The notes under the pieces are model-generated. The model was not told the origin of the DNA. It saw only the letters and a list, made by a program, of their open reading frames with translations, and made no database searches. Shown one piece after another: positions 37,448-47,441 of a stretch of DNA of 64,000 nucleotides (positions are counted from its first letter, which is position 1; the number at the start of each line of letters is the position of its first letter). The translations under genes were made by a program, and so were the position numbers. This DNA comes from an uncultured Acidobacteriota bacterium (GTDB lineage: Bacteria; Acidobacteriota; Blastocatellia; RBC074), in the NCBI GenBank assembly GCA_963796275.1, contig CAWCKY010000006.1:384001-448000 (forward strand). Direction: 5' to 3'.

Positions 37448-39373
37448 ATGCCCAATCTTAATGACGCCCAATCAGCTCTGGAGCGCTTCTTCGGCTTCTC
37501 CAATTTCCGCGAAGGTCAGTCCGCCGTCATCGGCTCCGTGCTCGATGGGCGGGATGTAGTCGTGGTCATGCCCACGGGCGGGGGAAAATCGCTCTGTTAC
37601 CAGTTGCCGGCGCTCCTTTTTCCCGGCACCACTCTGGTCATCTCACCGCTCATCGCGCTCATGAAAGACCAGGTAGATGCGCTCAATGCGCGCGACATTC
37701 CGGCCACCTATATCAATAGCTCGCTCGGTTTCGATGAGTTGCTCGCCCGGTTGCGGGCGATGGAGCGCGGCCACTACCGGCTCGTATACATCGCACCTGA
37801 ACGGTTCCGTAATGCTCGTTTCATCGAATCGCTGAAGCCGGTCAAAATCTCGCTCTTCGCGGTTGACGAGGCGCACTGCATTTCGCAATGGGGGCATGAT
37901 TTCCGGCCCGACTATCTGCGATTGCGGGATGCCGCGGAAGCGCTCGGCAGGCCGCAGATTATCGCTCTGACCGCGACGGCGACCACTGCCGTTCGCTCGG
38001 ATATCGGCAAGCAGCTGGGATTGAAAAATCCGGTTGAGTCGGTAGCCGGTTTCGATCGTCACAACCTGATACTGCGGGTGGAACCCTGCAAAACCGAGCG
38101 GGAGCGGATCGACAAGGCTTTTCAAATTGCGAGATATGCGAACGGCTCGGGCATCGTATATGCCTCGACGCGCAAGAATGTCGAGGAAGTGACGGGCCAA
38201 CTCAAAAAGCTCGGATTGAGTGCCGCCGGTTACCATGCCGGACTGGATGACAATAAACGCGCGGGGATTCAGGATCACTTCATGGCCGGGGATCTGCAGG
38301 TGATCGTCGCGACCAATGCTTTTGGGATGGGGGTTGATAAATCGGATCTGCGTTTCGTCACTCATTACAACCTTCCCGGCTCGATCGAGGCTTATTATCA
38401 GGAGGTCGGCCGAGCTGGTCGCGACGGGCTGCCTTCGGTATGCACGCTGCTGTTCAATTATATCGACACGCGCACTCACGAATTCTTCATCGAAGGGAAC
38501 TATCCGCCGCGACATACGATCGAGCGGATCTATCTATTTCTGCTCGGTTTGAAGCTCGAGACGATCAATTTTTCGGTGCGGGATATCTCGTCAAATATGG
38601 GGATCAAAAGCGAGATGGTGGTCAATTCGGCTTTGATCTATCTGGAGAAGGCGGGGCATATACGGCGGGTACAGGGGGGACAGACCATTAATATGATCGA
38701 CGGAGCGCCAATCGATGAGTTGCGTGTGGATTGGAGCGATTTGGAGCGGAGAGAGGTCGCTGAACGACGCAAACTGCGGGAGATGGTCAATTTCGCCTAC
38801 TATGAGAAATGCCTGCGCGGTTTCATTCTGCGATATTTTGGCGATCGCAAGCAGGTATCACACTGCCGTTGTTCGAACTGCCGGCCGCAGATGAGCTGGG
38901 TTGAGGTCGCGCGCGTTGAATCTGGGCGGGAAACATCGGCACCTGCCCCTGAGTTGCAGGCGGCGGGGACACAGGCCATTCACCCGGTTCCCTTCGGGCC
39001 GCGTGCCCTGAGCGATGATGAACATCTGGCAGTGCGAAAGATCTTGAGCTGCGTGGCGCGCCTCGAAGGGCGATTCGGCAGAGGGACAGTCGCGTACGTC
39101 CTCCGCGGTTCGAAGGCGAAGAACGTCATCGCCAATAAACTCGACCAGCTCTCCACTTACGGCCTCCTCGAAACCCTTTCGCAGGATGAACTGACGCGTT
39201 TCATCAACGCCCTGATCGTTGCCGGATGCATCAGGCAGAGCGGCTCGGCTTATCCCGTAGTCAGCCTGACAGAACTCGGGCGGCAAGTGATGTTAGACCG
39301 TGTGAGGGTAACGCTCGATTTTGACGCCGTAGAAGCCGATGTCGGTCTAGCTGATGAAATATCGCTTTCGTAA
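37448..39373 (+). CDS. recQ: RecQ family ATP-dependent DNA helicase
   Basis: PTGGGKSLCYQ, VDEAHCISQWGHDFRP, YYQEVGRAGRDG, Zn-binding cysteines and RQC domain; no HRDC domain evident. Confidence 0.93.
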   Translation: MPNLNDAQSALERFFGFSNFREGQSAVIGSVLDGRDVVVVMPTGGGKSLCYQLPALLFPGTTLVISPLIALMKDQVDALNARDIPATYINSSLGFDELLARLRAMERGHYRLVYIAPERFRNARFIESLKPVKISLFAVDEAHCISQWGHDFRPDYLRLRDAAEALGRPQIIALTATATTAVRSDIGKQLGLKNPVESVAGFDRHNLILRVEPCKTERERIDKAFQIARYANGSGIVYASTRKNVEEVTGQLKKLGLSAAGYHAGLDDNKRAGIQDHFMAGDLQVIVATNAFGMGVDKSDLRFVTHYNLPGSIEAYYQEVGRAGRDGLPSVCTLLFNYIDTRTHEFFIEGNYPPRHTIERIYLFLLGLKLETINFSVRDISSNMGIKSEMVVNSALIYLEKAGHIRRVQGGQTINMIDGAPIDELRVDWSDLERREVAERRKLREMVNFAYYEKCLRGFILRYFGDRKQVSHCRCSNCRPQMSWVEVARVESGRETSAPAPELQAAGTQAIHPVPFGPRALSDDEHLAVRKILSCVARLEGRFGRGTVAYVLRGSKAKNVIANKLDQLSTYGLLETLSQDELTRFINALIVAGCIRQSGSAYPVVSLTELGRQVMLDRVRVTLDFDAVEADVGLADEISLS

Positions 39374-39727
39374 TTAATCCTGGAGATATATACCCCGAGA
39401 TAGACCTTGCAGACCATGAGGAACGTCGTCTTACCGAATCCATAGCTGCCGTCGCCTGGTCGGATAGGGTAAAGATAGGAAAAAAAGATAGGAATAAGTG
39501 GGTATTCGGTTCAGGGATTATATGGCTGATTAGATCGGGATCCTTTTGACTCACCGGCATTTCTTGTGCTATAAAACTTTTTTATCACATATGTTCCTGG
39601 CGCGCATAGTGATATCGATTTAGTTAGTTTGCCTCGACAGTTAAATCGGACGATTTAAAAAAGGTTGGTTGCTAGATACACGAAACGCTCGTTACTAATA
39701 ATTCAAAAAGAAAGTTGAGTGAAAAGT

Positions 39728-40252
39728 ATGACAGCAGCAGCTACAGCGCTCGCGCCTGAGCGTGAAGCCACAACAGACGTAGATCTTATCCGCACGATCT
39801 GTTTGACAGTACAGCCGATGACTCGTGAAGTTTTTACTCCATACGGAGAAATCATCAGCGAGCGTGGCGATGTGGAATTGGACCTGGACGGTGGAACGGC
39901 GAACCTTGTTGCTCAGACCGTAGAAGCTCGTCCGTTAACATTTGATTTTCTGGGACGCCATCAGCGTACGGAACAGGTTTTCGTTCCGCTTGGCGGAACG
40001 GAATCGGTGATTGCTGTTGCCCCACCAAGCTCTGAAAACCCTGCCTTGCCTGACATGCAACAGATGGCTGCATTCCTTGTTGATGGGAAGCGCGCATTCA
40101 AATTGCACCGTGGCACATGGCACGTGAGCGCCTTTCCGCTGACGGAAAGAGCGACTTTTTTGGTACTCGATCGGGAAGGCACACTTGAGGAGGACTTCGA
40201 TCTGCGCGATCTGAAAACCTCGCTCGGTGTTGTCGTTCAGATTCAACAATAA
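39728..40252 (+). CDS. ureidoglycolate lyase/hydrolase (AllA)-like cupin
   Basis: PMTREVFTPYG, LGRHQRTEQVFVPL, VAPP and HRGTWH. Confidence 0.75.
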   Translation: MTAAATALAPEREATTDVDLIRTICLTVQPMTREVFTPYGEIISERGDVELDLDGGTANLVAQTVEARPLTFDFLGRHQRTEQVFVPLGGTESVIAVAPPSSENPALPDMQQMAAFLVDGKRAFKLHRGTWHVSAFPLTERATFLVLDREGTLEEDFDLRDLKTSLGVVVQIQQ

Positions 40253-40361
40253 CTTGAGAGTGTAGCCCAACCGGGCGCGCTTATGATTGGGTGTTGGCTG
40301 GAGGAAGAGATCAGGCTCTTGGGTATCTTCCTATCGCCTTTTGTTTCTTCCTCTATGCCGC

Positions 40362-40571
40362 ATGCCCAAAGATCCCGACCAATCGAAACTTACCCTTGCA
40401 TTCGCCGCCGGCGGTATCATCGCTTATAACATCTCAGGCGGAATACTCTTAGGCTATCTTCTCGATCGCTGGTTCGACACGTCTCCCTGGTTCATTATCA
40501 CGGGGCTGATCCTCGGGACTGTGGGAGCCTTCGTCGGTCTTTATCGCATCATGTCGAAATTGAACCAATGA
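40362..40571 (+). CDS. AtpZ/AtpI (ATP synthase gene 1)-family small membrane protein
   Basis: GILLGYLLDRWFDTSPWFIITGLILG signature; start corrected to ATG 40362. Confidence 0.75.
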   Translation: MPKDPDQSKLTLAFAAGGIIAYNISGGILLGYLLDRWFDTSPWFIITGLILGTVGAFVGLYRIMSKLNQ

Positions 40572-40955
40572 CGCCCTTCTCGACTGCCTCCTTTTTTGAC
40601 ATATCCTGAGACACCTTTATCCATTCTGTTTCACCTTCTCGTATTCTGACTCCAGCCTTCCCTTGATTTTGTAATGTTTACTCATCTTTAAGGTGCAGAG
40701 CATTAAGGACAAAGCTCGATGATGGATAAATGTATATTTTGTGGAGCTAAAATTGCTAAATATCACGCATGGATCCTTATTCTCTTAAATCCCGGGTCTC
40801 ATGTTATCTGTGAGAACAGCATTACCAAATCAAATCAGAAACTAAGAGGCGTCGTTCAAAATCGAAGAAGTTAATTCTATCGATAGGCGATAGGCTTAAA
40901 ACAATTGCAACATTCAGGGAGCGGCAGCGCTCGTTGAGTTGTAGCGGAGGACATA

Positions 40956-42389
40956 ATGAGACTAGCCCGAGGCATAATCAGCCGAAACAAATATCTATTT
41001 GTCTTTCTCTTTGCGCTCATAGCACTGCTGGTCAGCCAGTTACCGGCTATTGTTGCGCAATCGAATCAGATTACGGTGCAGATCGATGTCAGCAGCGAAG
41101 GCTTACAATCAGAAAGTGGGATCGAGACGGCGATGGCGATGAGCGCAAACGGCCGCATCGTTGCTTTTTCGACTTTTGCTACTAATCTGGCGGCGGAGAC
41201 CCAGGCCTTCAATCTGCAGGATATTTATGTTCGTGACCGGATAGACGAAGAAACGGAAGTGGTCAGTCTGAACAGCTACGGCGTACAGTCGAACGGCATC
41301 AGCATCGAGCCGTCCGTGAGCACCGACGGTCGATTCGTGGCTTTCACGTCCGATGCCACAAACCTGGTTCCTGACGATAACAACCAGTGTTTTTATAATT
41401 TGCTAGACGAATCTTTCATGCCGGGCGACTGTCCGGATGTTTTTGTACGCGACCGCTTAACCAATAAGACGGAGCGAGTCAGCGTGAGCAGCAGCGGCCA
41501 GGAAGGCAACGATCGGAGCAGTGTACCGGTGATCAGTGGCGACGGGCGCTATGTATTCTTCATCTCACAGGCGAGCAATTTCTATACGGGTGACGGTCCG
41601 GTCTCAGGTGAGCTCTTTATGCATGACAGGCAGACCAAAAGGACCGATCGCATTCTCAAGCCTGCCGCCAACGGCGAGTATACGATCACTCCGGATGCTC
41701 GCTATATCGCATACCTTGGCCTCAGCAATGGAACCAGCGGATTTTACGCAATCTACGTCTTCGATCGACAGACGGGCATAAACGAGCTCGTGAGTGTGCC
41801 TCGCTCCGGTAATGTGCTCAATGGATATAGCTTTTCTCCCGCGATCAGTGCAGATGGGCGCTATGTCGCGTTCGTTTCGTATGCGACCAGCATCGTATCG
41901 GGCGACACCAATGGCCGGGCCGACGTCTTTGTCCGCGACCGGGTGGCCCGAACCACCGAGCGCGTCAGCGTGAGCAGCCTCGGCGCACAGGCAAACGGTG
42001 ACAGTTTTTCGTACCTTTTCCCTAACTCGGTCGCAATCAGTGCCGACGGCCGCCTCGTGAGCTTCAGCTCCAGTGCAAGCAATCTCGTCCCTGGAGACAC
42101 CAATACTTGTTCGGTTCAGTATTATTATTCATACACAAGCTCAGGCCAATGTCCGGACATCTTCTTACGCGATCGTCAGGAACGCACAACGACGCGGGTG
42201 AGCGTGAACAACGGTGGTGGACAGGCCACCAATGCCAGTTTTCTACCACTGATGAGCGCTGATGGAACCGTGATCACTTTTCTCTCTCTCTCGACGAATC
42301 TCGCACCGGGGGGGACTATTCCATGCAGCACGAATTTCCCATTCCGAGTTAACCGGTGTGATCACATCTTCGCGAGAATTTTTCAATGA
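40956..42389 (+). CDS. secreted TolB-like (PD40) beta-propeller protein
   Basis: Signal peptide; repeated ISADGRYVAF / SNLVPGDTN / DVFVRDR / TERVSVSS units. Confidence 0.88.
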   Translation: MRLARGIISRNKYLFVFLFALIALLVSQLPAIVAQSNQITVQIDVSSEGLQSESGIETAMAMSANGRIVAFSTFATNLAAETQAFNLQDIYVRDRIDEETEVVSLNSYGVQSNGISIEPSVSTDGRFVAFTSDATNLVPDDNNQCFYNLLDESFMPGDCPDVFVRDRLTNKTERVSVSSSGQEGNDRSSVPVISGDGRYVFFISQASNFYTGDGPVSGELFMHDRQTKRTDRILKPAANGEYTITPDARYIAYLGLSNGTSGFYAIYVFDRQTGINELVSVPRSGNVLNGYSFSPAISADGRYVAFVSYATSIVSGDTNGRADVFVRDRVARTTERVSVSSLGAQANGDSFSYLFPNSVAISADGRLVSFSSSASNLVPGDTNTCSVQYYYSYTSSGQCPDIFLRDRQERTTTRVSVNNGGGQATNASFLPLMSADGTVITFLSLSTNLAPGGTIPCSTNFPFRVNRCDHIFARIFQ

Positions 42390-42625
42390 TCTAGGCAGGC
42401 GGGGCCGAAGTCCGATAACTGACTTCGGCCTCCGCACCACAGATTTCAGTCTTCAGATTCCCAACACCCGCCCCCGACCCCGGACTCCGGTCTCCAATTT
42501 CCGGTCCCGGACCCGGGGTCCGGACTCCCAAAGCTCTCAATTAAAGAACATCAAGTAGAAAATGACTAATTTTTCGTGTACTCTACCTTCATCCCCAAAC
42601 GTGTTTTGCATAGGATTTACAACTG

Positions 42626-45160
42626 ATGAATGGGAGTTTGGAGAGTTACTTATTGAAGTCGCAGATAAGGTTTTTCAGCGTCGTATCGTTCTTATTTCTA
42701 ATTTCCACAATCGTACTCGCACAACAACCTCAACCGCGAACGCAGATTAGAATTACCATACAGGACGAAGCCGGCATTGCGATTCCGGCCGCCTCCATAC
42801 AGGTAAAACTCGCCGGCAAGCTTGTTACTACGGTGACGACTGATGCGAAAGGCGAGGTTACAGCAGGGGGCCTTGCACCGGGGTCTTATGAGTTGACGGT
42901 TTCCAGGGATGGCTACGAGTCCAGTATGCAGGGAGGAATCGCCGTGGTATCAGGCCAGACCACGGAGATCAAGTTTACCCTCGCGCAAAAGGTTCAACTA
43001 AAGGATGAAGTCAATATCACCGCGACAGCAAATACCGCACCTGAACTGACTTCTTCTACACCTGCGTCATTGGGACAGGCGACTGTACGCAATGTACTGG
43101 GGAATGACGCGAAGTCGGTAACGGACACCCTTCCTTTATTGCCGGGGATCGTTCGCTCTCCTCAGGGTGAAATTAAAATTTCAGGTACCGGGGAGAATCG
43201 GAGCGCTTTCATCGTCAATGCCGCTGATGTCACTGATCCGGCGACCGGCCAGTTCGGGATGACCGTGCCGGTGGATATCGTGGAGTCGATCAATGTTTTC
43301 AAGACGCCTTATCTGGCTCAATACGGGCGGTTTACCTCGGGCGTCGTATCGGTCGAAACACGCCGCGGGGGCGACAAGTGGAACTTCTCACTCAATGATC
43401 CTTTTCCGGAGTTTCGATTTCTCGATGGAAACCTGCACGGAATGCGCGCTGCGACGCCTCGCATAGTTTTTAATGGCCCGCTGATCAAGAATAAGCTATA
43501 CCTCTCGGAGGGCTCTGAGTACACGATCAAAAAACGGCCCATCCAAACCCTGGAGTATCCAAACAAAGAGACGAAGACCGAGTCGATCAATTCTTTCACA
43601 CAGCTCGATTACATCATAAAAGACACGCATACATTGACGGGCACGTTTCACTTCGCGCCGCGCAAGGATTCCTGGGTCAATTTGGACTTTTTCAATCGCC
43701 GTCCGGTCACGCCCAACTGGAAGGGGCGTGATTACACAGGGACGCTCATCGACCGGCTGACGCTCGGGGAAAATCTGATAGAGAGCACGATCGCGGTCAA
43801 ACGCTACACGGTCGATGTATGGGGGCAGGGCACAGCCGATATGATCCTGACGCCCACCGGCAACCTGGGCAATTACTTCAGCGAACAGGAACGAAATGCC
43901 ACGCGCGCCGAATGGTTGGAGACCCTCTCGCTCAAACCCATCCGCTCCACCGCCGGGATTCACAATCTGAAATTCGGCAGTGTCATAGCGCGTACGACCA
44001 ACCGCGGGGAATTCTTTGCGCGGCCGGTCGACATCCAGGATATGGGCGGAAATTTATTGCGGCGGATAGAGTTCGCGGGCGGCAGGCCATTTGACCTGGA
44101 CGACTTCGAGACCTATTTCTTCGGTCAGGATCATTGGAATATCAATAATAAATTATCGCTCGATCTGGGATTACGGTTTGAACGCCAGGGGATAACGGAG
44201 ACTTACCGGATCGCGCCCCGCGCCGGTATCGCGTGGGCACCCTTCGCGAATCAGAAGACCGTTTTCCGCGGCGGCTTCGGATATTTCTATGACCGCGTTC
44301 CGCTCAGCGTCTATGCGTTTGACCGCTATCCGGCGCAGGTGATCACGACATATGGCCCCGGCGGATCGGTGATCGATGGTCCGCGCCTCTTCGCAAACGT
44401 CACGGATACGGCAGAACGAAGTAGTAACCCGTTTATCGGCGGCGGCACGAAAATCGGCAACTTCGCGCCCAACAGTGCAACGTGGAACGTAGAAGTTGAA
44501 CATTCCTTTTCTCCTCTATTGCGCGTGCGCGCCAACTATCTGAACAGCAACTCTACGGGTGTCGTCATCGTCGATCCGAGAGTCGCCGATGGCCAGAATG
44601 CCCTGGTTTTGGGCGGAGGAGGCGCATCGCGTTATCGTCAATTGGAGCTGACGGCGCGCATTTCGTGGAAGGAGAACAAGCAGCAGATATTCGCATCCTA
44701 TGTGCGCAGCAGTTCGCGAGGCGACATCAACGAGTTCAATACATACATCGGGAATTTTCCGTATCCGCTAGTCCGGCCCAATCAGTATGCGAGACTGAGC
44801 GCCGATTTGCCGAACCGCTATCTCGCGTGGGGGACCTTCCAGCTTCCCTGGAAGCTGCGGTATTCTCCGATTATCGAATACCGTAATGGCTTCCCATATT
44901 CGTCTTACGACCAGATCCAGAACTACGTCGGAGCGGTCAATGCGGGGCGTTTTCCCAACTTCTTTTCATTCGACAGCCGCATCTCGCGCGATTTTCAGGT
45001 GCATCCGAAATACGCCGTCCGCTTTACGCTGAAGGGGTTCAATCTGACCAACCATTTCAATCCACTCGACGTTTATCGAAATGTCACGGATCCGCGCTAT
45101 GGGATTTTCTTCGGAAACTATTCGAGGTTCATCAAACTGGACTTCGATGTGATCTTCTGA
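42626..45160 (+). CDS. TonB-dependent receptor with N-terminal carboxypeptidase-regulatory-like domain
   Basis: GLAPGSYELTVS, plug region LPLLPGIV / YGRFTSGVV, NLTNHFN and C-terminal Phe (LDFDVIF). Confidence 0.88.
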   Translation: MNGSLESYLLKSQIRFFSVVSFLFLISTIVLAQQPQPRTQIRITIQDEAGIAIPAASIQVKLAGKLVTTVTTDAKGEVTAGGLAPGSYELTVSRDGYESSMQGGIAVVSGQTTEIKFTLAQKVQLKDEVNITATANTAPELTSSTPASLGQATVRNVLGNDAKSVTDTLPLLPGIVRSPQGEIKISGTGENRSAFIVNAADVTDPATGQFGMTVPVDIVESINVFKTPYLAQYGRFTSGVVSVETRRGGDKWNFSLNDPFPEFRFLDGNLHGMRAATPRIVFNGPLIKNKLYLSEGSEYTIKKRPIQTLEYPNKETKTESINSFTQLDYIIKDTHTLTGTFHFAPRKDSWVNLDFFNRRPVTPNWKGRDYTGTLIDRLTLGENLIESTIAVKRYTVDVWGQGTADMILTPTGNLGNYFSEQERNATRAEWLETLSLKPIRSTAGIHNLKFGSVIARTTNRGEFFARPVDIQDMGGNLLRRIEFAGGRPFDLDDFETYFFGQDHWNINNKLSLDLGLRFERQGITETYRIAPRAGIAWAPFANQKTVFRGGFGYFYDRVPLSVYAFDRYPAQVITTYGPGGSVIDGPRLFANVTDTAERSSNPFIGGGTKIGNFAPNSATWNVEVEHSFSPLLRVRANYLNSNSTGVVIVDPRVADGQNALVLGGGGASRYRQLELTARISWKENKQQIFASYVRSSSRGDINEFNTYIGNFPYPLVRPNQYARLSADLPNRYLAWGTFQLPWKLRYSPIIEYRNGFPYSSYDQIQNYVGAVNAGRFPNFFSFDSRISRDFQVHPKYAVRFTLKGFNLTNHFNPLDVYRNVTDPRYGIFFGNYSRFIKLDFDVIF

Positions 45161-45170
45161 TTATTACAAT

Positions 45171-45215
45171 GTTGGATGCGAGATAAAGGGATGTGAACGG
45201 TTTCTCGCATCCTAC
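45171..45215. terminator. hairpin between convergent TonB receptor and htpX genes
   Basis: GGATGCGAGA ... TCTCGCATCC inverted repeat. Confidence 0.5.
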
Positions 45216-45263
45216 CGTGTGTATTCTTTTACCCTTAGGATAAGGTTATCGGCGTTATTTAAA

Positions 45264-46136
45264 TCAGACCGCCAACCCAAAGTTTTGCACCCCCCGGCCT
45301 CCAGCCAATGCCTCCAGCCTTTCGACTCGCGCCTGAGTCGATGGATGTGTGCTGAAGAGACTGGCAATGCCGCCGCCGGAGAACGGATTGATGATGAAAA
45401 GGTGCGCGGTGGCCGGCGATCCGGAATGCATGGGGATATGTTGGCTCCACGATTCGATCTTGCGCAGTGCGCTCGCCAGCGCCAACGGGTCGTTGGTCAA
45501 TCGCGCACCGGTCTCATCGGCGATGAATTCGCGCGAACGCGATATCGCCATTTGAATGAGCGGAGCTGCAATCATGGCAACCAGCATTCCGAAGATTGCG
45601 GCGATCGGGTTCGATCCGCCCTCTTCATCGTCCGAGTTGCTTCCTCCAAAGAAGAAGGCGAATTGCGCAAGATAACCCAGCGCACCGGCCAGAGAAGCTG
45701 CTACGGTCATAATTAGCGTGTCGCGGTTCATCACGTGACCGAGCTCGTGTGCAATTACCCCCGCCAGTTCGGGCCGGTCCAGCATGCGCATCAAACCCAT
45801 CGTCACAGCGACTGCGGCGTGTTGCGGATTTCGCCCGGTGGCAAAGGCGTTCGGAGTTTCCTCGGGGATAATATACACACGAGGCATCGGGATGTTGCCG
45901 CGCTGCGCGAGCTCGCGCACGATCCCGAACAGCTCCGGTGAATCGGTTTCGTTTATCTCCTGTGCATGGTACATCCTCAGCACGATTTTGTCCGACCACC
46001 AATAGCTGGCGAAATTCATGACGCCGGCAATCAGAATTGCAATGATCAAACCACCCTGCCCACCGATAGCCTGACCGATAAAGAGAAACAGGGCTGTCAG
46101 AGCAGCGAGTAGTAGAAAAGTTTTCGTTCGATTCAT
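45264..46136 (-). CDS. htpX: zinc metalloprotease HtpX
   Basis: MNRTKTFLLLAALT, PNAFATGRNP, AHELGH, SRSREFIAD and FSTHP. Start corrected to ATG 46136 with GGAGGG SD. Confidence 0.96.
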   Translation of the reverse strand: MNRTKTFLLLAALTALFLFIGQAIGGQGGLIIAILIAGVMNFASYWWSDKIVLRMYHAQEINETDSPELFGIVRELAQRGNIPMPRVYIIPEETPNAFATGRNPQHAAVAVTMGLMRMLDRPELAGVIAHELGHVMNRDTLIMTVAASLAGALGYLAQFAFFFGGSNSDDEEGGSNPIAAIFGMLVAMIAAPLIQMAISRSREFIADETGARLTNDPLALASALRKIESWSQHIPMHSGSPATAHLFIINPFSGGGIASLFSTHPSTQARVERLEALAGGRGVQNFGLAV

Positions 46137-46171
46137 ATGTTCGTTCCCTCCATCGCGCATATCGTCAGCGC

Positions 46172-46213
46172 AAAAACGAAAAGACCTTCCGCGCGGGTAG
46201 CGCAAAAGGTCTT
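46172..46213 (-). terminator. riboswitch expression-platform terminator
   Basis: Minus strand AAGACCTT-ttgcgctacccgcgcgg-AAGGTCTT-TTCGTTTTT, overlapping the 3' strand of aptamer P1. Confidence 0.8.
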
Positions 46214-46322
46214 GATCCTCAGGTCCAGCTGACCTCGCTGATGAGCCGGATTGCATCCCACGCAATCGTCCTGACGACTTCACCAGAATCCTCGTGGATT
46301 CGAGGATGATCTACTCCCCTTA
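46205..46322 (-). ncRNA. yybP-ykoY (Mn2+-sensing) riboswitch
   Basis: Minus strand AAGGGGAGUAG ... GUCGUCAGGAC ... CAAGACCUU: the conserved ends and L3 loop of yybP-ykoY. Confidence 0.85.
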
Positions 46323-46360
46323 AATACGAACATCAAACATAACTAAACCGGGCAATATCG

Positions 46361-47284
46361 TCAAGTACCCGCCAAAGAAATCCAGCCATCGTTCCGGTGA
46401 TTGAAGCTAAATATGTCAGGGTGAAGCAGTTCGGCCAGTATCTCCAGGGATTCGGCCAATCTTGGTCCGGGACGATTGAAGTATTTATTGCCGTCGGCGA
46501 CGAATACCCGACCCGTCTGCACTGCCTTCAAGCTATTCCACTCCTGTTTTTCTGAGAGCAGGTGCGTCTCTTCCCGGGTCCGTTTGATGTCAAAACCGCA
46601 AGGGGAGATGAAAATGATGTCAGGATCGCTCTTCACCAGTTCGTGCCAACTCATCCAGGGCGAATGCTTGCCGGCCTGGCCGAAGAGATTGATGCCGCCG
46701 GCCATCTCCACCAGCTCCGGCATCCAATTCCCGGCTGCCATCAGCGGGTCGATCCATTCGATGCAGGCGACTGTGGGGCGAGACTCGATCCCTCGGGTCT
46801 CGCTCTCGATAGCCTCCATTCGTTGCTGTAGCCCTGCTATCACATTTACCCCGCGTTCCCTCACTCCGAGGGCTTCGGCAACTCGAAGTATGTCGGCCCA
46901 GACGTCCGCCAGCTCATTCGGTTCGAGCGAGACGATAACGGGATGCGAACTGGTCAACTGGCAGACGGCATCTTCAACATCCTTGAGGCTGACTGCACAA
47001 ACCTCGCATTGCGATTGGGTGATGATGTGAGTGGGCTGGAGTCTTTCGAGCAAACCGGCGTCTACCCGATAAACGCTCAGAGCTTCCTGTAAAATTGCCT
47101 TGACGCGCTGATCTATCTCATAGCTCAAACCTTCGACCTGGAACTTGGGACTGGTGCAAATCGGCAGGCGAATTATGGAGGCGGGGAAGTCGCATTCATG
47201 CGACCGCCCCACCATTTGGGCTTCGAAGCCGAGAGCGGAGACGATCTCGGTGGCGCTGGCGATGAGTGAGATGATCCGGTTCAT
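46361..47284 (-). CDS. BtuF/TroA-like cobalamin-binding protein lacking a signal peptide
   Basis: RIISLIASATEIV, GRSHECDFP, TQSQCEVCAV, EWIDP and YFNRPGPRL. Confidence 0.85.
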   Translation of the reverse strand: MNRIISLIASATEIVSALGFEAQMVGRSHECDFPASIIRLPICTSPKFQVEGLSYEIDQRVKAILQEALSVYRVDAGLLERLQPTHIITQSQCEVCAVSLKDVEDAVCQLTSSHPVIVSLEPNELADVWADILRVAEALGVRERGVNVIAGLQQRMEAIESETRGIESRPTVACIEWIDPLMAAGNWMPELVEMAGGINLFGQAGKHSPWMSWHELVKSDPDIIFISPCGFDIKRTREETHLLSEKQEWNSLKAVQTGRVFVADGNKYFNRPGPRLAESLEILAELLHPDIFSFNHRNDGWISLAGT

Positions 47285-47317
47285 GCTCCAATAGACTAAC
47301 GACAGAAGCGGTATACA

Positions 47318-47415
47318 TTTGTAATTTTGATTGATATTGTAATTTTAGATTTGTAATTGAGTTGTCAAGTTCTCAATCAATTACAAATCTAAAATTACAA
47401 ATCTAAAATTACAAA
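47318..47415. repeat. inverted 7/14-bp array (TTTGTAATTTTAGA / TCTAAAATTACAAA) hairpin
   Basis: Directly visible between nrdJ and the BtuF-like gene. Confidence 0.8.
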
Positions 47416-47441
47416 TGTACCGCTCCTTTGCGTCGAATTTC

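Noticed and set aside
42400-42540. GC-rich CCGGAC/CCCGAC short repeats
   Set aside because: Too degenerate to define a unit; probably another decayed heptamer hairpin.
45264-46283. ORF-track N-terminal extension of htpX
   Set aside because: The extension runs through the riboswitch and terminator; the SD and family N-terminus point to ATG 46136.
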